Source of the DNA: Candidatus Methanophagaceae archaeon
GTDB lineage: Archaea > Halobacteriota > Syntropharchaeia > Alkanophagales > Methanospirareceae
Assembly (NCBI GenBank): GCA_003194425.1
Contig: PQXB01000001.1
Span: forward strand, 70,444 to 102,443
DNA: 32,000 bases
Reading direction: 5' to 3'
Within the stretch, counting starts at the first letter, position 1. Each line of letters begins with the position of its first letter. Below the pieces are notes generated by a model. That model was not told the DNA's origin and did no database searches. It saw nothing but the letters and a program-made list of their open reading frames with translations. Positions 1 through 8,796 of the stretch are shown in pieces. The position numbers were made by a program, and so were the translations under genes.

Positions 1-1687
1 GCACCAAGTTCTCAACGATTACTGGCTCCTCCTCGTATGCCTGCACCTTGTAGAAGTGGTATATCGGCTCTCCGTTCACGGTGTTGTCTGAAGTTATGTA
101 ATGCTCTGCGCGGTTCAGCCAGATACCATAGCCGTGGGTGTTCACAGTGTTATTCTTAAGTGAGTTCTCGAAGCTTTTGTCTCCGATGTGTATTCCAGTT
201 TTATCGTTGTAACTCAATTCGTTGTCCTCCACCTTGTTGTATTTGCAGTAGGATTTGTCTCCGCTACCGTATATTTTTATTCCGTTCCCAGTGTTCGAGT
301 TTATCGTGTTTGAGCGGATTTTGTTGCTGTTCTGGTAGCACCCTCTGGGATCACTGTAGCCGTGTTCATAGCCGTAGATGAGGATTCCATTACCTGTGTT
401 TGATTCTATTTCATTGCCCTCTATCCTGTTTTCATTGCAATTCGTCGTCGGACGACGATCCACACCTTCCGCGTACAGGTATATTCCTTGTCCGGTGTTC
501 ATCTTTATCTCGTTGTCGTTCATCCGGTTCTTGTTGAAGTTGCTGCTTCCTCTTTCATATTTGTATATTTTAGCGTAGATTCCTGTTCCCTTGTTCGAGT
601 TTATCGTGTTTCCTTCTATCTGGTTCTCGTTGAAACTGCTGCTGGTATCGCGTTTGTCGCTCTTGACGTGGATGTAGATTCCAATCCCTTCGTTTGAGTT
701 GATGCTGTTGTTCGTGATGCGGTTCTCGTTGCTGTTCCCCTGATAAACGTAGATGTAGATTCCTTTACCGTTTGAACTCAGTGTATTATTCTCTACCGTG
801 TTCTTGTTGCTCGTTCCTCCGCTTGTGGTATAAAAATAGAAGCCGTTGCCTTTATTTGAAGAGATTTCGTTGCCTGTTATTTCGTTAGAGGAGCTGTCCT
901 GGCTGTAAATTCCGTCCTTCTTGTTGAAGCCAATAGTATTGTTTGTGATCGTGTTTTTGTCAGACTTCAGCAGGTAAATGCCGTAGTTGTTGTATATGTC
1001 ATGGAACACATCAGAAGAGATGTCGTTGTTCGTTATGGTGCACCATTTTGCGGAAGAGAGGTAGAAACCGTGGTCGCTGTTCACCACCTTGAAGCCAGTG
1101 AAAGTGATGCTCTTGTTTGTTATCTGGACGCATTTACCCCCGTTTCCGTCAATGGTTGTGTTAGCGCTACCGTTTCCGATGATTGTAAGGTTGAACTTGT
1201 TTATTTTCAGGTTCTCCTTGTAGTAGCCCTCGAAGACAAAGATGGTGTCGCCCGAGCTTGCGTTGTCTATTGCGTCTTGAATCTTCGTGAAGTTTATCCC
1301 TGCCCCGCCGTCGTCGTCTACGTACCAGGTTTTGGAAGCGTTAGCCGTGATTTTTGATGTTTCGTTCTTCAAAGCTTCCTCTTCAATTGCTTCCGGCTCC
1401 TCAAGTTCTGACGTTTCATTCTCCGAAGGCGTTGTAATATTGGTTGCGTCAGAAGTATTTACTGTTTGATTTTTTGGAAAGACTTCCTTGTCTGTATCTT
1501 CTTCGCTGGTCGCATTTGTAACATTTTGTGTCGCGGTTGCATCTTCTTCTGTTGTATTTACCGCTGCGGTAAACTTTGCATTGGCTTCATCTAAAGTTGC
1601 AGTCATTAGCATAGGAAAAGCCGAAATCGCTAACATCGCCGTTATCACTATCGTCGCTATTTTTCGATTGCTTTTTTTTTGTATCAT
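1..1687 (-). CDS. Secreted or cell-surface protein with an N-terminal signal/anchor helix and parallel beta-helix (PbH1/NosD-like) repeats; the 3' end runs off the window
   Basis: Absent from the ORF track because there is no stop in the window. ATG at 1687 (rc of cat 1685-1687), with GGAGGT (rc of 1702-1707) 14 nt upstream. My translation starts MIQKKSNRKIATIVITAMLAISAFPMLM. A T/E/N-rich linker with many N-x-S/T sequons follows. Then come ~22-aa repeats such as NNTIxxNxxxGIYIY and NxIEGNxIxSNxGxGI. The frame stays open to position 1. The gene is visibly more AT-rich than its neighbours. Confidence 0.8.
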   Translation of the reverse strand, partial: MIQKKSNRKIATIVITAMLAISAFPMLMTATLDEANAKFTAAVNTTEEDATATQNVTNATSEEDTDKEVFPKNQTVNTSDATNITTPSENETSELEEPEAIEEEALKNETSKITANASKTWYVDDDGGAGINFTKIQDAIDNASSGDTIFVFEGYYKENLKINKFNLTIIGNGSANTTIDGNGGKCVQITNKSITFTGFKVVNSDHGFYLSSAKWCTITNNDISSDVFHDIYNNYGIYLLKSDKNTITNNTIGFNKKDGIYSQDSSSNEITGNEISSNKGNGFYFYTTSGGTSNKNTVENNTLSSNGKGIYIYVYQGNSNENRITNNSINSNEGIGIYIHVKSDKRDTSSSFNENQIEGNTINSNKGTGIYAKIYKYERGSSNFNKNRMNDNEIKMNTGQGIYLYAEGVDRRPTTNCNENRIEGNEIESNTGNGILIYGYEHGYSDPRGCYQNSNKIRSNTINSNTGNGIKIYGSGDKSYCKYNKVEDNELSYNDKTGIHIGDKSFENSLKNNTVNTHGYGIWLNRAEHYITSDNTVNGEPIYHFYKVQAYEEEPVIVENLV

Positions 1688-1926
1688 CTTTTTTTGTTTT
1701 TACCTCCTAATCTCCTTGATGATAATAGGAGCATAAGATTTGCCTTTGTTTTTAGTTTTCCCTTTTTTGTCCCCTTCCCTTTTTTGTTTTTCATTCAGAT
1801 TTATATTATAGGGACTACCCCTTTATAAACTTTTTGATTTTTTCCTCTTTACAAATTAACATTCATTCTCTTTTATTTCTAAAACCTTCTGCGTTCATTT
1901 TCAAGTCTTGAGATTTAGGAGCCTAC

Positions 1927-2550
1927 TCAAACCTCCAAAAAATTCTTTATCAACTTTAGCCCCCCCTCGGTCAAAATTGACTCAGGGTGGAACTGCACGC
2001 CAAAAACATCGTACTCTCGGTGCCGAATCGCCATTATCTCGTCGTCGTCCAAACTCCTCGCCGTCACCTCCAAACAATCTGGAAAACCCTCACCCCCTCT
2101 CTCACCCCCTTTCTCTCCCCCGCCCTCGTCCACTCCGTCCAGCACCAAAGAATGGTACCGCACCACCGAGAGCGGGTTCTTCAGCCCTTTCAGCACATTT
2201 CCGCCGTTGTGCTTCATCAAACTCACCTTGCCGTGCCGCAACACCCTCGCACGCCTTACCCTCGCGCCAAAAACATAGCCGATGCACTGATGCCCCAGAC
2301 AGACGCCCAAAATCTTCTTCCCCTCACCGCAGAACCGCCTCAGCACCTCGTTCGTAACACCCGCCTCTCGCGGCGTCTTCGGACCAGGCGAAATTATTAT
2401 GTGCTTTATTTCCCGCTCCTTTACCAGCCGCTCAATGTAGCCGAGAGTCGCAGTGTTCCGCACCACCACCGGCTCGGCACCCAGCAGCCCAACGTACTGC
2501 ACGAGGTTGTACACGAACGAGTCAATGTTGTCCACTACTAAAACATTCAT
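1927..2550 (-). CDS. trpG: Anthranilate (or aminodeoxychorismate) synthase component II, class-I glutamine amidotransferase
   Basis: Motifs NVLVVDNIDSFVYNL, GVCLGHQ (nucleophile elbow) and FGVQFHPES. ATG at 2550 follows GGGGGAGG (rc of 2560-2567); the track start at 2577 is a GTG. It lies 43 bp downstream of trpE. It contains the G/E-rich insertion DEGGGEKGGERGGEG (about 2085-2130). Confidence 0.85.
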   Translation of the reverse strand: MNVLVVDNIDSFVYNLVQYVGLLGAEPVVVRNTATLGYIERLVKEREIKHIIISPGPKTPREAGVTNEVLRRFCGEGKKILGVCLGHQCIGYVFGARVRRARVLRHGKVSLMKHNGGNVLKGLKNPLSVVRYHSLVLDGVDEGGGEKGGERGGEGFPDCLEVTARSLDDDEIMAIRHREYDVFGVQFHPESILTEGGLKLIKNFLEV

Positions 2551-2593
2551 TTTTTCTCTTGCCTCCCCCTTCTTCACTTCCTCTCTCCTTCTC

Positions 2594-4249
2594 CTACCGA
2601 CAGTCTCCTACCGACAGGCATTCTAACAACGCCCTACACTTGCTCAGCGTCTCATTGTACTCCCGCTCCGGCTCGGAATCGGCAACAATCCCCGCCCCCG
2701 CCTGCAAATAAACTTTCCCATTCTTCCCGTGCCCAGGCTCGAAGACCGCAGTCCGAATTGTTATCGCTGTGTCCATCGCGCGGTTGAAAGAGAAGTAGCC
2801 AACGCAGCCAGCGTAAATCCCGCGCCTCGTCGGCTCCAACTCCTCGATTATTTCCATCGCCCGCACCTTCGGAGCACCCGAGACCGTCCCTGCGGGAAAA
2901 GTCGCTTCCAAAGCGTCAAACTCGTCCTTGACCGCTCGCAACTCCCCCACCACCTCCGTTACAATGTGCTGCACGTGCGAATATTTTTGGGGGTACATAA
3001 ATTTGGTGGCTCTCACGCTGCCGAAGTTGGAGACTTTTCCGATGTCGTTCCTCGAGAGGTCCACGAGCATCAAATGCTCCGCCCGCTCCTTCTCATCGTT
3101 TAGCATCTCCTCCTCCAGCCGCTTGTCCTCCTCTTCCGTCCTGCCACGCGGTCTCGTCCCCGCAATCGGCCAGCTCTCCACTCTCCTCCCTCTCCCTTCC
3201 CGCTTTTTCCTACTCTCTCGCTTTTCCCTACTCTCTCGCTTTTCCCTACTCACTCCAACTCCCTCCGTTTCAACACCCTCAACCCTAACCAGCATTTCAG
3301 GACTCGCACCCACGATTTTCCGCTCGCCCGGTCCGAAATCCAGGAAATACATATAAGGCGACGGGTTCACCTCGCTCAACCGCCTGTAAAACTCGAACGC
3401 AGAACCAGAATCCGAACCCGCACCCGACCCAGAATCAAAATCCGCTTCGAGCCGCTGCGAGAGAACCACCTGCAAAATGTCGCCTGCACGAATGTATTCC
3501 TTCGCCGCCCTCACCCCGCGCTCGTACTCCGCCTGCTCCAGATTTGAAGTAAAATCCAAAGACAACGCGTTTGGTTTCCCCCCTTTTCTGCCCCCCGTCC
3601 CCGCCTTCTTTTTCCAAACGAACTTTGGCACAGGCTTTTCAACTTCAACTTCCAAAGTCCCGTCCTCGCAAAATTCGCTGCACAAAAGAAACGCTTTCTT
3701 CGCCCTGTTGTCCACCACGATATTCTTCTTCGCGAGCAGGAATTCACAATCCGGCTGCTTCAGCGTGTCCGCCGTCGCCGCACCCACGCGCCCCACACCC
3801 TCCCCCTCGCCAAAATCCAAATTCACAAAATAGCGAATAAAATCGTACGAAAGGTAGCCAACGAAACCGCCAACAAACCGCTCTCCCCTCTTCTCTCCTC
3901 CCCTCCTCTCGCCCACGACCTTTAGGTCGTCAAGGAACGCTTTAATCAGGCGTAGTGGATTTTTTTTTACATTTCCTTTCTTCTCTCCTTTACCGAAAAA
4001 CTCATCGTACGCCCTCGTCCTCAAGAGACCGTTCTTTACCGAGAATTTAAACGCCGGGTCGAAGCCGATGATAGAAAACCTCGCCAATTTATCGCTGCCT
4101 TCTCTGGACTCCAACAGGTAAGACTCCTTGCCTCTGCCCTCGCCTTCTCCTTCACTCTCGCCCGCCGTTTCAGTTTTTGCCCTTACAATCTCGTACAGCG
4201 AAGCGGGGCTTGCAAATGGGATTTCCTCGTAGCTTTGAATTATGTGCAT
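2594..4249 (-). CDS. trpE: Anthranilate synthase component I (chorismate-binding enzyme; PabB-like role not excluded)
   Basis: Motifs SYLLES, NPSPYMYF, GASPEMLV, IAGTRPRG, LMLVDLSRND, TFPAGTVSGAPK, RGIYAGCVGY and AGAGIVADS. There are several low-complexity insertions, e.g. REKRESREKRESRKKREGRGRR from an 18-bp repeat at 3211-3253. No trpD/C/F/B/A genes are in the window. Confidence 0.85.
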   Translation of the reverse strand: MHIIQSYEEIPFASPASLYEIVRAKTETAGESEGEGEGRGKESYLLESREGSDKLARFSIIGFDPAFKFSVKNGLLRTRAYDEFFGKGEKKGNVKKNPLRLIKAFLDDLKVVGERRGGEKRGERFVGGFVGYLSYDFIRYFVNLDFGEGEGVGRVGAATADTLKQPDCEFLLAKKNIVVDNRAKKAFLLCSEFCEDGTLEVEVEKPVPKFVWKKKAGTGGRKGGKPNALSLDFTSNLEQAEYERGVRAAKEYIRAGDILQVVLSQRLEADFDSGSGAGSDSGSAFEFYRRLSEVNPSPYMYFLDFGPGERKIVGASPEMLVRVEGVETEGVGVSREKRESREKRESRKKREGRGRRVESWPIAGTRPRGRTEEEDKRLEEEMLNDEKERAEHLMLVDLSRNDIGKVSNFGSVRATKFMYPQKYSHVQHIVTEVVGELRAVKDEFDALEATFPAGTVSGAPKVRAMEIIEELEPTRRGIYAGCVGYFSFNRAMDTAITIRTAVFEPGHGKNGKVYLQAGAGIVADSEPEREYNETLSKCRALLECLSVGDCR

Positions 4250-4357
4250 TGTGCATCATATTTAGGTTGTGTCGTATTTATAAATACTTTAATGTATATT
4301 TTTCTCTAAAGATTATAAAAAGTATTAAGCCTAAAAACAGTAATAAAAAGAACTGGG
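4250..4357. promoter_or_regulatory. AT-rich divergent promoter region between trpE and serA
   Basis: A 108-bp AT-rich spacer in an otherwise GC-rich window. TATA-like tttataaata at 4277-4286 lies ~30 nt upstream of the trpE ATG. attataaaaa at about 4312-4321 lies ~40 nt upstream of the serA ATG. Confidence 0.5.
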
Positions 4358-6217
4358 ATGAAGGCAGAAGCAAACGAGAGCGGGATGCGAAGGAGAGAAA
4401 GAACGAAGCGGGTGCTCGTAACAGACCACATTTCAGAGGAAGGGATAAAAAAGCTGCGGGAGTTTGCGGAAGTTGATGTTGAGTTGGGCTTGAGTGAGGC
4501 GGAGTTAAAGGAGCGTCTTGCAGGCTCAGGGGCGGGCTACGACGCGTTAATCGTGCGAAGCGGCACGCAGGTGACGAAAGAAGTAGTGGAGGCGGGGGTA
4601 GGAGCAGGAGAGACGGGTGCCGCCTCCAAATTAAAAATTATCGGCAGGGCGGGCGTCGGCGTGGACAACATTGATGTGGCGACCGCGACCGAGAAGGGGG
4701 TGCTTGTTGTGAATACGCCCGAGGCGAACAGTGTCTCTGCAGCCGAGCACACGATCGCAATGCTGCTCGCTTTAGCACGGAAAATACCGGCTGCGAACGC
4801 GTCGCTGAAATCCGGGGCGTGGGAGCGGAAAAAGCACACGGGCGTTGAGGTGCAGGGCAAGGTGCTTGGAATAATCGGGTTGGGCAGAGTCGGGAGCGAG
4901 GTAGCGAAGCGGGCGGGTGCGGGGGGGCTCGGGATGAGAATCGTTGCTTACGACCCGTTTGTCTCGTTGGAGCGGGCGAGGGAGCTTGGAATTTCTCTCT
5001 TGGGCTTTGACGAGGTTTTTCCTGTCGCTGATTTTTTGACCGTGCACACACCGCTCACGAAGGACACGAGGCACCTCGTCGGTGCGAGGGAGTTCGGGCT
5101 GATGAAAAACGGCGTTCAGGTCGTGAATTGTGCTCGTGGCGGGATAATTGACGAGGCTGCGCTGCTGGACGCGATAAAGAGCGGAAAAGTGGCAGGAGCG
5201 GCGTTGGATGTCTTCGAGAGCGAGCCTCCCGCTGCTACTGCCACTGCCGGCGACGAGGTCGAGGCAGAGCTGCTGGGGCTGGACGAAGTGGTTGCAACTC
5301 CGCACCTTGGTGCCTCCACCGAAGAGGCGCAGAGGACGGCGGCGGTTGCGATTGCGGAGGAGGTGAGGACGGCGTTGGAGGGCAAGCCTGTGCGGAACGC
5401 CGTGAATATGGTTTATGTTGAGGAGGAGTTGCTGGAGGGGCTGAAGCCGTGGTTGGTCTTGGCAGAGAAACTCGGGGGGCTCTCTGCGCAGCTCGTCCCA
5501 ATCGTCTCAAAATCGAGCAGAATTGAAATTGAAGAGTTCAAAATTTCTTACGAGGGCGAAATAGCAGCGGCAGGAAGGGGCAGGGGGACGAGATTGCTAA
5601 CCGTAGCCGTGCTGAAGAGCTTCCTCTCGTGGTTCGCAGACGGCGTTAATTTTGTGAACGCCGAGGCGGTAGCGAGGAAATTCGGGATAAAAGTTACGGA
5701 GAGCAAGACCGCTGGTGGAGGTGGAGGCGTTGAGAATTTCTCGTCGCTGGTCAGCCTTACAACGACTACGCGGACAGCACGGACAGCAACGACTACGCGG
5801 ACAGCACGGACAGCAACGACTACACGAACAGCACGGACAGCAGCGGCGAAGGGGACAGCGACGGCGACAGGGAATGGGAAAGAAAAGAAGACCGTTGCAG
5901 GCACGCTCTTCGGAAGAGGAGGGGGAGGGGGGAGAGACGAGCCGAGAGTAGTAGAAATAGACGGGTTCAGGGTGGACGCAATCCCGTCTGGCTACTTACT
6001 CGTCTGCGGTTTCCTCGACAAGCCGCGAGTCATCGGACCTGTCTGCACGGTTCTGGGCGACGAGGGAGTAAACATCGCAGGAATGCAAGTCGGCAGGGAG
6101 AACGCAGGCGGCGAGGCAGTGATGGTTCTAAATGTGGACAGCCCCGTCGGCGAGGAGACGATAAAAAAGATAAAAAAGGTGAAGAATATTTTTGATGTAA
6201 GGCTGGTAAAGCTGTGA
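4358..6217 (+). CDS. serA: D-3-phosphoglycerate dehydrogenase with C-terminal ACT-like regulatory domain
   Basis: Motifs GRAGVGVDNID, GIIGLGRVGSEVA (NAD-binding), NCARGG and ATPHLGAST. C-terminal ACT-like segment LVCGFLDKPRVIGPVCTVLGDEGVNIAGMQVGR. An alternative ATG at 4385 is possible. It contains TTTRTARTA x3 from a 27-bp repeat. Confidence 0.9.
   Translation: MKAEANESGMRRRERTKRVLVTDHISEEGIKKLREFAEVDVELGLSEAELKERLAGSGAGYDALIVRSGTQVTKEVVEAGVGAGETGAASKLKIIGRAGVGVDNIDVATATEKGVLVVNTPEANSVSAAEHTIAMLLALARKIPAANASLKSGAWERKKHTGVEVQGKVLGIIGLGRVGSEVAKRAGAGGLGMRIVAYDPFVSLERARELGISLLGFDEVFPVADFLTVHTPLTKDTRHLVGAREFGLMKNGVQVVNCARGGIIDEAALLDAIKSGKVAGAALDVFESEPPAATATAGDEVEAELLGLDEVVATPHLGASTEEAQRTAAVAIAEEVRTALEGKPVRNAVNMVYVEEELLEGLKPWLVLAEKLGGLSAQLVPIVSKSSRIEIEEFKISYEGEIAAAGRGRGTRLLTVAVLKSFLSWFADGVNFVNAEAVARKFGIKVTESKTAGGGGGVENFSSLVSLTTTTRTARTATTTRTARTATTTRTARTAAAKGTATATGNGKEKKTVAGTLFGRGGGGGRDEPRVVEIDGFRVDAIPSGYLLVCGFLDKPRVIGPVCTVLGDEGVNIAGMQVGRENAGGEAVMVLNVDSPVGEETIKKIKKVKNIFDVRLVKL
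5762..5842 (+). repeat. 27-bp tandem repeat x3 inside serA
   Basis: acgactacgcggacagcacggacagca at 5762-5788 and 5789-5815 are identical. The copy at 5816-5842 has 2 substitutions. The repeat encodes TTTRTARTA x3 between the catalytic and ACT regions. Confidence 0.9.
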
Positions 6218-6240
6218 AATGTTTAGAAGAGAGGAAGAAT

Positions 6241-6624
6241 ATGAAAAGTAGAAGAAAGCCGAAATTTGAGAGGTACGGGTGGCGTAAAAAGAAGAAGTTG
6301 AGCAAGAGTTGGAGGCGACCGCGAGGCGCGGACAACAAAATGAGGCTACACATTGCCGCGAAAGGGGCGATGGTGAAGGTGGGCTACAGGAGGAAGAAAG
6401 CGGAGCGGGGGCTGCACCCTTTGGGAGTGCGAGAGGTGCTTGTCTTTAACACTAACGACCTCGCTAGCCTTGCTAAAGCAGGGAGCGTAGGGGCAAGGAG
6501 AGGAGGAACAGTAGAGTGTGCAGCCAGAATTGCGTCAGGCGTTGGGCGGAGGAAAAGGGAGCAAATAGAGGAGGAAGCCACTGCACTCGGCATAAAAATG
6601 CTAAATCCTAAAGTGGCAACATAA
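6241..6624 (+). CDS. rpl32e: 50S ribosomal protein L32e (eL32)
   Basis: RRKPKFERYGWRKKKKLSKSWRRPRGADNKMRL...VKVGYRRKKAERGLHPLG..VLVFN matches the eL32 signature. ATG at 6241 follows GAGAGG. The track start at 6214 is a GTG overlapping the serA stop. Confidence 0.9.
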   Translation: MKSRRKPKFERYGWRKKKKLSKSWRRPRGADNKMRLHIAAKGAMVKVGYRRKKAERGLHPLGVREVLVFNTNDLASLAKAGSVGARRGGTVECAARIASGVGRRKREQIEEEATALGIKMLNPKVAT

Positions 6625-7176
6625 TTATTTTTTTATCCTACTCTCCAGCCATCCTATTCTCTCCAGCCATCCTACCCTCACTTCCTGCTCCCCCTTCTCG
6701 TCAAACGCAGGAACAAACGGCTTTAGATCCACTAACGGTGTGCCGTCAACCGCGTCAATTCCGCTGACCCTCAGCAAGTTCTCCCTCTGCTTCCCTTCCC
6801 GTCCCCGCTTCCCTTCTCGTCCCCGTCCAAGTAGCCTCACGACAGAAATCCCGATTGGGTTCGGTCTGTTCGGCGACCTCGTGGTGAACAAGCCGTGCAG
6901 CTCGCTGTCCCAAGGCGTCCTCACGAGCAGAGAGTAGCCCTTTGATTTGTGCAGCCAGTAGAGGACGAAGAGATGAGAAAATCCTTCAATGTCTTTTAAC
7001 CCGCCAGCGTACTCCTCAAAGACCTCTATTTCACAGACTACTTCAGATCCCACTTCAGACCTAGACAACGAACTCTGGTAAGGCACTTCTTTAAGCCTCT
7101 TGTAAGGCGTGTGGAGCGTCCCTATTTGCTTTATTCTTGGCTCGGCATTTTGCTCGGTAACCTCAACTTCGGACAT
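6625..7176 (-). CDS. trmO: TsaA/YaeB-family tRNA (t6A37) methyltransferase-like protein
   Basis: Motifs IGTLHTPY, FSHLFVLYWLH, RSPNRPNPIG and VDGTPLVDLKPF. I place the start at ATG 7176 (MSEVEV). The 78-codon upstream extension in the track is Ser/Ala-rich antisense of the crotonase gene. 18-bp repeats occur at 6790-6825 (GREGKR x2) and 6641-6676 (GWLExx x2). Confidence 0.8.
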   Translation of the reverse strand: MSEVEVTEQNAEPRIKQIGTLHTPYKRLKEVPYQSSLSRSEVGSEVVCEIEVFEEYAGGLKDIEGFSHLFVLYWLHKSKGYSLLVRTPWDSELHGLFTTRSPNRPNPIGISVVRLLGRGREGKRGREGKQRENLLRVSGIDAVDGTPLVDLKPFVPAFDEKGEQEVRVGWLERIGWLESRIKK

Positions 7177-7216
7177 TGTTTTTAAAAGAATATGAAATTT
7201 AACTTTAAAAAAGGAA

Positions 7217-8050
7217 ATGCCGAAGTTGCCGAAGTACGAGAACCTTTTGTATGCGAAGCACGAAAGAGCAGCGGACGAAGCAGCGGACGAAGCAGCGGAC
7301 GGAGGAGTGGCGACGGTAACGCTCAACCGCCCGAAATCGCTGAACGCACTGAACACGGCGTTGCTGACCGAGTTGCAGGAAGCGTTGCGGGACGCGGAAG
7401 CCGACACCGAGGTGCGTGCAGTAGTTGTAACAGGAGCGGGGGAGAAGGCGTTCTGTGCAGGGGCGGACGTCGGTGAGTTGCTTGAAAAAAGTCCTGCAGA
7501 GGCGAGAGAGTGGTCGAGTTGGGTTCAGGGGATAATTTCGGGGGTGGAGAAGATGAAGAAGCCGGTGGTGGCGAAAATAAACGGGTTCTGCTTGGGCGGT
7601 GGGTTGGAACTTGCGATGGCGTGCGACTTCAGGGTCGCGTCCGAGCGAGCGAGTTTCGGTCAGCCAGAGGTGAATTTAGCAATTATTCCAGGCGGTGGCG
7701 GCACGCAACGACTCCCGAGGCTCGTGGGAAAGACGAAGGCACTGGAAATGCTGACGACAGGAGAGCAAATCGGTGCCGAGCAGGCTCTTCGGCTGGGGCT
7801 GGTGAGCAGGGTCGTGCCTGTGGGGGAGGAAGGAGAGGAGGAGAGTGGTCTCGACGCTGCGGTTTCTGAACTCGTCAAGAAACTGCTCTCAAAAAGCCCT
7901 GCAGCGCTTGGAATAATTAAAAGAGCGGTGAACAGGGGCTTAGAAATGGATTTGGAGCGGGCGTTGGAGTTTGAGGCGGAGTGTTTTGGGCAGGCACTTT
8001 CGAGCGAGGAGGCGAGGCGTGGGTTAAAAGCGTTCTTGAATAAAAGATGA
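7217..8050 (+). CDS. Enoyl-CoA hydratase/isomerase (crotonase) family protein
   Basis: Motifs VTLNRPKSLNAL, GAGEKAFCAGADV, INGFCLGGGLELAMACDFR and FGQPEVNLAIIPGGGGTQRL. A 12-bp repeat x3 at 7268-7303 encodes AADEAADEAADG near the N-terminus. Confidence 0.85.
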   Translation: MPKLPKYENLLYAKHERAADEAADEAADGGVATVTLNRPKSLNALNTALLTELQEALRDAEADTEVRAVVVTGAGEKAFCAGADVGELLEKSPAEAREWSSWVQGIISGVEKMKKPVVAKINGFCLGGGLELAMACDFRVASERASFGQPEVNLAIIPGGGGTQRLPRLVGKTKALEMLTTGEQIGAEQALRLGLVSRVVPVGEEGEEESGLDAAVSELVKKLLSKSPAALGIIKRAVNRGLEMDLERALEFEAECFGQALSSEEARRGLKAFLNKR

Positions 8051-8781
8051 AAGTTGTAATTTCGTTGAGTGGTCTTTTTTTTGAGGACGCAGAGGGCGTG
8101 AAAAAAGTCGCAGCGGTCTTAGAGGAGCTTGCAAAGTCGCACGCACTGTTCGTGGTCGTCGGCGGCGGTGCGAAGGCGCGGGAGTGCATAAAAATAGCAC
8201 GCGAGTTGGGTGCGAACGAAGTCGCTTGCGACTACCTTGGAATTGCAGTAACGCGAATAAACGCGAGGCTGCTTGTCTTGGCTTTAGGTGGCGAGGCTGC
8301 GTGCCCCGAAGTTTTCTCGGACTACGAGGCAGTAGAGAAGGCAGAAGCAAAAACAGAGAGAGGCGGAGGGAAAAGTGGAGGGAAAGGTGGAGGGAAAAAT
8401 GGAGGGAAAAATGGAGGGAAAATAGCGGTGATGGGTGGCGTGAGCCCGGGCTACACGACCGACGCGGTGGCTGCGATTCTCGCCGAATACCTGAACGCCG
8501 ACCTGCTCGTTGACGCGACTTCGGTGGACGGAGTCTACGACGCCGACCCTCGCAAGAACCCGGGGGCGAAGAAATACGAGCGGCTCACTGCGAAGGAACT
8601 CGTAGCCCTGACTGGGAAAGAGGAGTTGAAAGCAGGCTCGAGGATTGTCATTGACCCCGTTGCAGCGAAGATAATCGAGAGAAGCGGGATAAAAACATTC
8701 GTGCTTGACGGACGCGAGCCGCGCAATATTTTTGACGCCGTTCAACTCGGGAAGCATCGAGGCACAGAAATAACGCAGTAA
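8047..8781 (+). CDS. pyrH: Uridylate (UMP) kinase, archaeal type
   Basis: Motifs VISLSG, VVVGGGAKAR, GIAVTRINARLL, GGVSPGYTTDAVAA and ATSVDGVYDADPRKNP. The ATG overlaps the crotonase stop (ATGA at 8047-8050). It contains the GGKSGGKGGGKNGGKNGGK insertion. Confidence 0.9.
   Translation: MKVVISLSGLFFEDAEGVKKVAAVLEELAKSHALFVVVGGGAKARECIKIARELGANEVACDYLGIAVTRINARLLVLALGGEAACPEVFSDYEAVEKAEAKTERGGGKSGGKGGGKNGGKNGGKIAVMGGVSPGYTTDAVAAILAEYLNADLLVDATSVDGVYDADPRKNPGAKKYERLTAKELVALTGKEELKAGSRIVIDPVAAKIIERSGIKTFVLDGREPRNIFDAVQLGKHRGTEITQ
8365..8423 (+). repeat. 12-bp tandem repeat x~5 inside pyrH
   Basis: Units ggagggaaaaNN start at 8365, 8377, 8389, 8401 and 8413. The units at 8389 and 8401 are identical. 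Confidence 0.9.
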
Positions 8782-8796
8782 TTATTTTTACACAAG

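Noticed and set aside
1717-1800. C/D-box sRNA candidate (TGATGA at 1718-1723)
   Set aside because: No CTGA D box lies on the same strand at a suitable distance. The only CTGA (rc of 1795-1798) is on the opposite strand, and there is no terminal stem.
1908-2541. 149-aa and 184-aa plus-strand ORFs, and similar long antisense ORFs at 24552-25118, 25675-26328, 4638-5305 and 28903-29460
   Set aside because: All lie opposite well-supported genes (trpG, DUF2284/NifX-like, hdrA, serA, mtaD). All translate to Pro/Ser/Arg-rich sequence without motifs.
7177-7407. 5' extensions of track ORFs: trmO to 7407, mch to 13829, the DUF92 gene to 30725, the PRTase back to 10344, trpG to 2577 and cofG to 18137
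   Set aside because: The extensions overlap neighbouring genes or promoters, start at GTG or TTG, and translate to non-homologous low-complexity sequence. Internal ATGs with GGAGG-like sites coincide with the start of family homology.
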